The notes beneath the pieces were generated by a model that saw nothing but the letters and a program-made list of their open reading frames with translations, searched no databases and was not told where the DNA came from. The position numbers and the translations under genes were made by a program. 64,000 bases of DNA from Candidatus Udaeobacter sp. (GTDB taxonomy: Bacteria; Verrucomicrobiota; Verrucomicrobiia; Chthoniobacterales; UBA10450). The stretch covers positions 576 to 64,575 of the forward strand of contig DATFXP010000018.1 of NCBI GenBank assembly GCA_035315785.1. Reading direction: 5' to 3'. Positions 58,401-64,000 of this stretch are shown one piece after another. How positions within the stretch are numbered: the first letter of the stretch is position 1; each line of letters opens with the position of its first letter.

Positions 58401-59045
58401 CGGAACCTCGGTCTGCTCTATTCGTTTTCGCACTGGTTTTCTGAACATCCGAACTCGGAAAAAACAAAAAAGACGGAGAGCAAGCTGCAGGTGCCACTTG
58501 TCTGTCAGTTCATCGCGATGCGCTGGTCATATGAAGAAATGGTTGTTGCCCAGGCCAAGCTCAATCCGCTCACGAAAGGTCAAGACCGCGTTCATGACGA
58601 AATTCAAAAGCTCGCGCCCAAAGCGGACACGCCTCAGCAACGGGCGCATCTCAACGATTTGAAAGATGCATTGGCACTACTCTCCGGATTGGAAGGAGCG
58701 TCGCCGCGCGATGTCGATCGATATCTAAAGTTGCTCGATCCGGTTATTGCGGGGAAGCAACGGTTCGATCGCTCCTTGTTCAAAAACGCGAAGGGCCCCG
58801 TCACCGCCGATCAACTCTACGTAAACCAGAAAGTGTCGGACCTGATCTCAAGAGCTGAGATGGAGCAGACCGATTATCGCCGTGGCAGCAAGCCGAACGT
58901 GTTCTTCGGTCTGGAGAAACGCTATTTCGGAATCGCGTTTGGCGTGTTCACGTTCGACACCGTGGTCCTGTTCGCGTCCATAATCGTATTGCTGGTCCTG
59001 CTGCACTTCATTTTGCGAAAACAACTGGAAGTGCGCAGAACCTGA
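55437..59045 (+). CDS. Fusion ABC transporter: TerB-like N-domain + FHA-like modules + ABCG-type NBD + ABC-2 TMD + C-terminal coiled/TM extension
   Basis: Walker A GASGAGKST, signature LSGGERKRL, Walker B VYLFDEPTSGL, and the ABCG-like IVTIHQPSSKIFQMF. The N-terminus has LASFTKADGVIMEEEID (TerB-like). About 6 TM segments are followed by a roughly 200-aa tail ending in one more TM. Confidence 0.8.
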   Translation: MTELVSSMADKIDRTMQRVIPLAYRVRRTGRRLVRRALRKPRSVSEGPNLLPLLIQVLASFTKADGVIMEEEIDSSLGFLRYDYPEAVYSELRQLFRQALYEQQDLAAMAQKLGAQLSTERKIMLGVQLYDLISQAGLKQEQVVAFYSFMSQMGMAAQAIDIVYQLNASEESDPAIYQHGASPLESLSFGVDSKADIILKNLAEIDRLMAFRYHDLILLKNYSGQNVSVRGRPLVRGGFCRIYPGQRILIGDQVLSYQELAQYFNAKKNVSLPEIFIRVTKDAEQVQLERSRTRESALRVTFGLKVRVKALRDIDAELKGVRLKAGTQVDTTLEDKIIFHNDTELDLNDLRRRARALGGRFQLKASKSEYLVSNDPSRLQADDILLSPGTAGDVLLKIFCDYDRRVGTLEVIEADRRIMVGDSPVRTTAELKDGDIIRIDVGQVLRCNFLERIIEEERNIIRSLELNEITHRFGKGEVGLDGISFTITRGELVCVMGASGAGKSTLMRVLAGQLQPTSGEVLLNGQSLYRNLDVLKQYVSYMPQQDAFDEHLTIGENLQFAAAIRAPHLSKRDRVRRLDAKLIELGLSERRDAVVGSPEKKTLSGGERKRLNIGLDMIGMSDVYLFDEPTSGLSSKDSEHVIEIIRSMAHNKIVIVTIHQPSSKIFQMFQKVILLDKGGRLVFFGAPSDALRYFAEAEHQHQFGAELGACPSCGTTRPEFIFDVLETPLRDLSGDVIYEENSRGQLVPARRYAPDFWRDKYEAFRLIQDVKQVSLQQEEADSLPVAPVQRKRLPLRWHDEWTQFRTLLRRAFTSKLRNKANLVITIGVSPVLALLIGTILRYSETGTYDFASAYHIPTYLFLGLIVAMFLGLTNSADDIIRDRPVLQRERNIKVRLSYYVISKTITLGFFALIQCVLFVLIGNFVLQIRGMFWIDLTIMFLTAMSGVALGLVISSLVADPKTAANIVPLVLIPQIIMGGALIKYEDMNRNLGLLYSFSHWFSEHPNSEKTKKTESKLQVPLVCQFIAMRWSYEEMVVAQAKLNPLTKGQDRVHDEIQKLAPKADTPQQRAHLNDLKDALALLSGLEGASPRDVDRYLKLLDPVIAGKQRFDRSLFKNAKGPVTADQLYVNQKVSDLISRAEMEQTDYRRGSKPNVFFGLEKRYFGIAFGVFTFDTVVLFASIIVLLVLLHFILRKQLEVRRT

Positions 59046-59053
59046 TTCGAAGT

Positions 59054-59075
59054 GCGGCGTCGCGTCGCCGCTTTT
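59054..59075 (+). terminator. Intrinsic terminator after the ABC transporter gene
   Basis: GCGGCG-tcgcgt-CGCCGC stem-loop followed by TTTT, 9 nt after the stop codon. Confidence 0.55.
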
Positions 59076-59081
59076 GCAATT

Positions 59082-59113
59082 TGTCATTCCGAGCGAAGTC
59101 GAGGAATCTCTGG
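59082..59113. repeat. Single copy of the 'GTCATTCCGAGCGAAGTCGAGGAATCTCT' repeat
   Basis: tgtcattccgagcgaagtcgaggaatctctgg ends 10 nt before the M24 peptidase ATG. It accounts for the spurious N-terminal extension of ORF 59052. Confidence 0.6.
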
Positions 59114-59123
59114 AACTAAGCTT

Positions 59124-60257
59124 ATGAGCAAAACAAAAACTAAATCTGCACGCCTTATTGTCGCTGCGAGCGAGCAAGATCCCGACATGCTTTACGCGAC
59201 GAAGTTTTGGGCGCCCGATCCATTCATATTCCTTCAGCGTAACGGCAAACGAACACTGGTCTTGAGCGATCTGGAAATCGATCGCGGCCGCAAACAAGCT
59301 GACGCGGATGAATTTGTCATGTTCAGCGAACTCGAGCGCGAGTTGCAGGGAAAATCGAAAAAAGCGCCGGCGTACGAGAAAGTCCTGGCCCACTTTCTGA
59401 AAAAGCGAGGCGTAAGATCGGCCACTGTTCCCGCCAATTTTCCGCTTAGTTACGCGGAGGAACTCGCGGCAAATAAGATCCGCGTTCGCACGGCCGACGG
59501 ATTTTTCTGGCCGGAGCGTGAAGCCAAATCCGACAAGGAAGTCGAAATGATGGGACGCGCCTTGCGGATTACAGAAGCCGGACTCAAACGCGCAACTGAA
59601 GTGTTGAAAGCGTCAAGCGCAGGCTCGGGAAAGCGACTGCGCTGGAACGGGAAAACGCTGACCTCAGAAATATTGCGCGCTGAAATTGATTCTGCCGTTT
59701 TACGCACAGGCGGCGTCCCGAACGGCACGATAGTGGCCGGAGGCGATCAGGCCTGCGACCCCCACGAGCGTGGCCATGGTCCGCTCTACGCGGATTCGCT
59801 GATCATCCTGGACGTCTTTCCGCGCGATGGGAAGACCGGATACTTCGGCGATATGACTCGCACCGTGTTGCGCGGTCGCGCGAGCGAGGCGCAACGGAAA
59901 CTTTGGGAAACAGTGAAAGCGGGGCAAGCCCTCGCGCTACAGAAAATCAAGGCCGGCGTTGACGGTATGACGATTCACAAAGCCATTCAGGAACTCTTCG
60001 CCAGTCGCGGTTTTCTAACCGGAGTGCGGAAAGGACGACGCGTCGGATTCTTCCACGGTACTGGTCACGGGCTCGGCCTAGAGATTCATGAACATCCGCG
60101 TTTGCAAAAAGTTGTCTTGAAGGATCGGCAGGTGCTCACAGTCGAACCCGGTCTGTACTATCCCGGCGTGGGCGGTACTCGTCTAGAAGACGTGGTTCTT
60201 GTCACGAAGACAGGTTGCCGAATTCTCTCGCGTTTTCCGAAGCAGTTGGAGATCTGA
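59124..60257 (+). CDS. M24-family Xaa-Pro aminopeptidase
   Basis: GYFGDMTRT, HGTGHGLGLEIHE and EPG...RLEDVVLVT metal-ligand motifs, with a creatinase-like N-domain. Confidence 0.8.
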   Translation: MSKTKTKSARLIVAASEQDPDMLYATKFWAPDPFIFLQRNGKRTLVLSDLEIDRGRKQADADEFVMFSELERELQGKSKKAPAYEKVLAHFLKKRGVRSATVPANFPLSYAEELAANKIRVRTADGFFWPEREAKSDKEVEMMGRALRITEAGLKRATEVLKASSAGSGKRLRWNGKTLTSEILRAEIDSAVLRTGGVPNGTIVAGGDQACDPHERGHGPLYADSLIILDVFPRDGKTGYFGDMTRTVLRGRASEAQRKLWETVKAGQALALQKIKAGVDGMTIHKAIQELFASRGFLTGVRKGRRVGFFHGTGHGLGLEIHEHPRLQKVVLKDRQVLTVEPGLYYPGVGGTRLEDVVLVTKTGCRILSRFPKQLEI

Positions 60258-60268
60258 TGCAAATAGTT

Positions 60269-60304
60269 GGTCATTCTGAGCGATGAAGCGGACTCGAAAC
60301 ATCC
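60269..60304. repeat. Diverged copy of the 'GTCATTCTGAGCGA' repeat
   Basis: ggtcattctgagcgatgaagcggactcgaaacatcc lies directly after the M24 peptidase stop. Confidence 0.45.
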
Positions 60305-60447
60305 CGTGGCGAAAGCCTTAAGCCGATGTGGCGGGTTCCCGACTGCACTACGAAAAATGGCCAAATGAACGCGCACCGCCATTAAGCGTCTAATCTCCTG
60401 CCACGCGAAGTGACAAGTCACCTCGATGCGGTAAATTACCCACCCAC

Positions 60448-61194
60448 ATGTATCCCCTATTGGGCTTTGTTTTAGGCTCTGGTTGTCTGCTGTATATCGG
60501 CGGCCCAACCGGTTTTGGTTTGGGTTCCAACTGGCTGCTCTATATCGGCGTGCCGTTGGTCATTGGGCTTTGGGCGCAGATGCGGGTGAAAAGCGCGTTT
60601 GGCCGGTGGAGCAAGGTGCGCGCGAGCGGGAACATCACCGGAGCCGAATGCGCACGCGAAATCCTCCAGGCAGCCCAGATTCAAGATGTCGACGTCGTGG
60701 AGACGAACGATTTTCTGGGCGATCATTACGATCCCACCAAGAAGCAGCTGCATCTGTCGAGCAATGTTTATAACACGCCTTCGGTAGCAGCTTTGGGGAT
60801 CTCCGCGCATGAGTGCGGGCACGCGATTCAACACGCGCGCGCTTACGCGCCGCTGAAGTGGCGTATGGCAATTGTGCCGGTGACGATGATCGCGTCGCAG
60901 ATGCTGCCTTTCATTATCATCGGCGGCTTGTTCTTTCGGATCACCGGTCTGATAACGGTCGGCATCTGGTGCTATTTGATTCTGCTGGTGTTCCAACTGA
61001 TTACGTTGCCCGTGGAATTCGACGCCTCGCGACGCGCAAAAATTATCCTGAAGGAAATGGGTATCATACAGCCGGGCGAAGAAGCGGCCGGCGTTAACAA
61101 GGTGCTAAACGCCGCTGCGCTGACTTACATCGCGGCATTCATTGCGGCATTGGGCAATTTGCTCTGGTTGATGTCGATCCGCGACCGGCGTTGA
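60448..61194 (+). CDS. Membrane zinc metallopeptidase (Zn_peptidase_2-like)
   Basis: The HECGHAIQH HExxH motif is flanked by TM segments. Confidence 0.75.
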   Translation: MYPLLGFVLGSGCLLYIGGPTGFGLGSNWLLYIGVPLVIGLWAQMRVKSAFGRWSKVRASGNITGAECAREILQAAQIQDVDVVETNDFLGDHYDPTKKQLHLSSNVYNTPSVAALGISAHECGHAIQHARAYAPLKWRMAIVPVTMIASQMLPFIIIGGLFFRITGLITVGIWCYLILLVFQLITLPVEFDASRRAKIILKEMGIIQPGEEAAGVNKVLNAAALTYIAAFIAALGNLLWLMSIRDRR

Positions 61195-61301
61195 TCGATC
61201 GCTCGACAAAAATGGACCACGCCATCGCTTTACCTGCTCGCCGAATTACCGATTTGTTGTCGTCGGGTCTGCAGGCGCGTGCTAAATCTAAACGTCCGGC
61301 G

Positions 61302-61898
61302 ATGGATCAGCCAAGAAGCGACCCAGACCAGGAGTTGGTAAAGCGCACCCAGGCGGGCGAGGCCAGTGCGTTCGACGATCTCGTAGTCAAATACACACCG
61401 CGTCTCTACGGATTGGTCTACAACATGACCTCCAACCACGAGGACACGAACGATCTTTTACAGGACATTTTCGCCAAAGCCTACAAGGCGATTCGCGGGT
61501 TCCGCGGCAAATCCTCGTTTTACACCTGGATTCATTCCATCGCCGTGAACATGACTTTGAATTTCCTCAAAAAACGCAGCCGTCGATTTCAATTGAGCCT
61601 GGATGATGTGGACGCGAGCATCCAAAACGACAAGGAATTCATGGAAGCCACGGCAACCAGCAGTCCGGTCCGGGAAGCCGACCTATCAGAGCTGCAGCGA
61701 AGATTGAACGAGGCCATGATGAAATTGTCTGAAGATCACAGAGCAGTTGTTACCATGTTCCATATTCAGGGCATGCCCCACGCAGAAATTAGTAAAATCT
61801 TGCGCGTTTCGGAAGGAACGGTACGTTCGAGACTCTTTTACGCGAACCGACAGTTGCAAAATTACCTGGACGAATTTCGGAAAAATCCTGTCTCGTAA
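61302..61898 (+). CDS. ECF-type RNA polymerase sigma-70 factor
   Basis: Region 2 (FDDLVVKYTPRLYGLVYNMT...DLLQDIFAKAY) and a region 4 HTH (MPHAEISKILRVSEGTVRSRL). Confidence 0.8.
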   Translation: MDQPRSDPDQELVKRTQAGEASAFDDLVVKYTPRLYGLVYNMTSNHEDTNDLLQDIFAKAYKAIRGFRGKSSFYTWIHSIAVNMTLNFLKKRSRRFQLSLDDVDASIQNDKEFMEATATSSPVREADLSELQRRLNEAMMKLSEDHRAVVTMFHIQGMPHAEISKILRVSEGTVRSRLFYANRQLQNYLDEFRKNPVS

Positions 61899-61908
61899 GG
61901 CGAAAAAA

Positions 61909-62394
61909 ATGGACAAGTTTAACGATAACGAAATCGCGAGGCTGCTTCGGTTGAAGCGGTATGAGCAACCACCACCCGGTTATTTCGAAAATTTCCTCCA
62001 CGAATTCCATCGCCGGCAGCGCGATGAATTGCTGCGCCAGCCGCTTTGGCGGATTTGTCTCGAGCGCGCTCACAATTTCATGTTGCAACTGGATGCGCGA
62101 TCGCTTGCCTCGTATCCCACTGCTATCGCGGCAGTGCTTGTTTGCGCGGCGATCTTTTCGTTAAAGGTTTATCAGCAACCTGAGGCGGCTCGCGTCGCTA
62201 CCCAGAGTCCGCTCACCCTATCGATACCGGTGAATGCCGAACAAGAATGGAATCTTGCATCTCCGGTCTCCACGAAGATTTTCAGGACGCAGCCGGTTCG
62301 CAGTTTTCATGAAGCCCAAACTCACCGAGCCGCCCCGCCACGCTACGTGCTCGACAGCGTCCCCGTGAGTTATGAGCCCACTTTTAGGTTTTAA
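61909..62394 (+). CDS. Single-pass membrane protein in the anti-sigma position (non-canonical)
   Basis: It starts 11 nt after the sigma gene. It has one TM (YPTAIAAVLVCAAIFSL) and no zf-HC2 motif. It overlaps the next gene by 23 nt. Confidence 0.4.
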   Translation: MDKFNDNEIARLLRLKRYEQPPPGYFENFLHEFHRRQRDELLRQPLWRICLERAHNFMLQLDARSLASYPTAIAAVLVCAAIFSLKVYQQPEAARVATQSPLTLSIPVNAEQEWNLASPVSTKIFRTQPVRSFHEAQTHRAAPPRYVLDSVPVSYEPTFRF

Positions 62395-63427
62395 GCGCCG
62401 CGCACTGGTCGCGTTCGCGCTGGTTTTCTATTTAAGCGCGAGCTTGCTTTTTGCTCAGGAGCAGTCCGCCACGACCATCAGCCACCAGGTCCGAGAGCTT
62501 TTCGAGCGGGCCGCAAAAGCGGTGGTCAAGATTCATGGCGTGGATGAACACAGCGAGATTTGTGGCACCGGATTTTTCGTCGATCCGACCGGGACACTTT
62601 ATACGGCATACACAGTCGGAGGTGAAGCGGGCAATTTCACAGTCGAATTCAACGGAAAGAAGTATCCGGCGCGCCAGCTCGTGGCAGACATTCGCAGTGG
62701 GACAGCCATCTTGAAAGTGGACGAGACCACGCCCGGGCTGCCGATTGGCAAATCCGACGAACTGGAACTGGCGACGCCGGTCATATCGATCGGTTATCCT
62801 CTGGATCTACCGAAGACACCGAACTTCGGCATGATCGCCGGGTTCGACCGGAAATGTCTCGGTCGCTATTTCTCCACGATCCATTTACGCGTGAACGCTC
62901 CGACCCAGCGCGGCGAAGCTGGCGCTCCGTTGTTGAACATGAAGGGCGAAGTGGTTGGGATCGTCGTTAGCGGTCTGGAAAATAATTCCGCGTGTTACGC
63001 TGTGCCAATCGAGGCTGCCGAGAAAATTCGCAGCGACTTTGTTCGTTTCGGCGAGGCCAGGCACGGCTGGATCGGGGTGAACAATGTTTCGCCCGCATCG
63101 CAACAAGTCGAAGGCTCGCGAGCGATTGTCACACAGGTCGCCGAGGACGCACCGGCGGCACGATCGGGACTTAAAGACGGGGACGTGCTGCTTCAGGTCG
63201 GCAAGAGAAAGATTACCGATCCCGAGGATGTGTTTGACGCCTCGTTCTACATCACTGCCGGGGACACCGTCCCAATCACCGTGATGCGCGGAAATCAAAA
63301 AATGACTTTCCAAGTGCAAGCGACAATGCACCCAGCCAGCAAGACCGGCATGTTGCTCGCCTCTCCCGGCACAATTCCTGGCGTGCTCCCCATGTCGCTC
63401 GACGACGACGCGCCGCCCTCGCCGTAG
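62372..63427 (+). CDS. HtrA/DegP-like trypsin-fold + PDZ protein with an apparently substituted catalytic triad (pseudoprotease)
   Basis: The signal peptide and the fold motifs GTGFFVDPTG and a PDZ (GLKDGDVLLQVGKRKI) are present. However TNNHVV reads TAYTVG, SDIALI reads SGTAIL, and GNSGGP reads GEAGAP. Confidence 0.7.
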   Translation: MSPLLGFKRRALVAFALVFYLSASLLFAQEQSATTISHQVRELFERAAKAVVKIHGVDEHSEICGTGFFVDPTGTLYTAYTVGGEAGNFTVEFNGKKYPARQLVADIRSGTAILKVDETTPGLPIGKSDELELATPVISIGYPLDLPKTPNFGMIAGFDRKCLGRYFSTIHLRVNAPTQRGEAGAPLLNMKGEVVGIVVSGLENNSACYAVPIEAAEKIRSDFVRFGEARHGWIGVNNVSPASQQVEGSRAIVTQVAEDAPAARSGLKDGDVLLQVGKRKITDPEDVFDASFYITAGDTVPITVMRGNQKMTFQVQATMHPASKTGMLLASPGTIPGVLPMSLDDDAPPSP

Positions 63428-63921
63428 AGTAGCGCACGCGTCACGCGGCCGAAATCTCATCTCAGCCCATCAGCAGTGTTCGCAGACTAGCGAACTTTCG
63501 TTCCGAAATAGTATTGACACGTTCGGGGCGGGTGCGCCGAATCGCGCCGCGCTAAGTTGTTAGGCGTTCCTCAGGACAACCTGGCCTTCGTTCCGCCGGG
63601 AAACCCCGCGAATGACGGGCTCATTCGCAAAACCAAACCGGCTTCTAGTGATGATTCCGAAAAATTGTTCCGAACTTCGGTGCGGAAATTTCGGATAAAT
63701 ACCAAGGCGCCAGAATCCTCGCGTTCCGCCAATCGATCAGATTTGTTTGACAATGAGAAACTTTTTTCGCAAAAGAAGAATCATTACGACATGGATAAAT
63801 GATCGAGAAATCCGATTTATTTCTCGCCTTCGAGGATTGGTCTGCACTTCGCGATTCGCCCTTTGCTGGCTCCGCGATCCGCTCAAAAGGTAACGCCTGA
63901 TACCTCGTCACCGTCGCCCCG

Positions 63922-64000
63922 ATGAGTTGGATTATCATTCTGTGGTCGATGAACGCGGCGGCGTGTTTGACGCTGGCTGGCATATATCTGCTGGTGTGGT
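63922..64000 (+). CDS. 5' end of a membrane protein gene, possibly a sensor (partial)
   Basis: ATG at 63922 followed by MSWIIILWSMNAAACLTLAGIYLLVW, a TM helix. It runs off the window. Confidence 0.3.
   Translation, partial: MSWIIILWSMNAAACLTLAGIYLLVW

Noticed and set aside
57963-58448. 161-aa minus-strand ORF within the ABC transporter permease region
   Set aside because: It is antisense to a well-supported CDS and is a low-complexity Arg/His-rich translation.
60472-60996. 174-aa minus-strand ORF opposite the Zn-metallopeptidase gene
   Set aside because: It is an antisense shadow. The plus-strand frame carries HExxH and TM segments.
63530-63640. Possible SRP/6S-like RNA (caggacaacctggccttcgttccgccgggaaacccc)
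   Set aside because: It lacks the conserved SRP domain IV motif and any convincing long helix. The resemblance is superficial.

Overview
This is a 64 kb chromosomal segment, about mid-50s %GC, dominated by housekeeping genes on the minus strand. The gene content, the DUF2723/DUF885 families and the intergenic repeat families suggest a soil Verrucomicrobiota/PVC-like bacterium; that assignment is an inference and I cannot verify it here.

Secure calls:
- tRNA-Thr, tuf, tRNA-Trp, secE, nusG and rplK
- rplA, rplJ, rplL, rpoB and rpoC
- rpsB-tsf, tyrS, purS/purQ, lpxK, thrB, tsaD and an ispA-like prenyl synthase
- a split NHEJ LigD (a Pol gene and a PE-ligase gene about 11 kb apart)
- many peptidases/hydrolases: S41, S15 CocE/NonD, M24, a Zn-peptidase, two DUF885 proteins and an amidohydrolase

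I recognised no CRISPR array, rRNA gene, transposase, integrase or prophage.

Most interesting observations:
1. A four-gene operon (outer-membrane barrel / FMN_bind flavinylation substrate / atypical ApbE-like / 4-TM bis-His protein) that looks like a trans-envelope flavin-heme electron-transfer module.
2. An ECF sigma / membrane protein / HtrA-PDZ operon in which all three catalytic residues of the protease appear to be replaced.
3. The normally inseparable rplK-rplA pair is split by about 8.6 kb of partly opposite-strand hydrolase genes.
4. A 1200-aa TerB-like + FHA-like + ABCG-type fusion transporter.
5. Two families of short palindromic repeats. One has a copy apparently embedded in-frame inside tsaD; the other overlaps the tsaD start codon.
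6. A decaying accessory patch at 1.3-4.7 kb with frameshifted paralogues and an unannotated 35-aa hydrophobic ORF.

All functional calls rest on motif recognition by eye; no database search was run.
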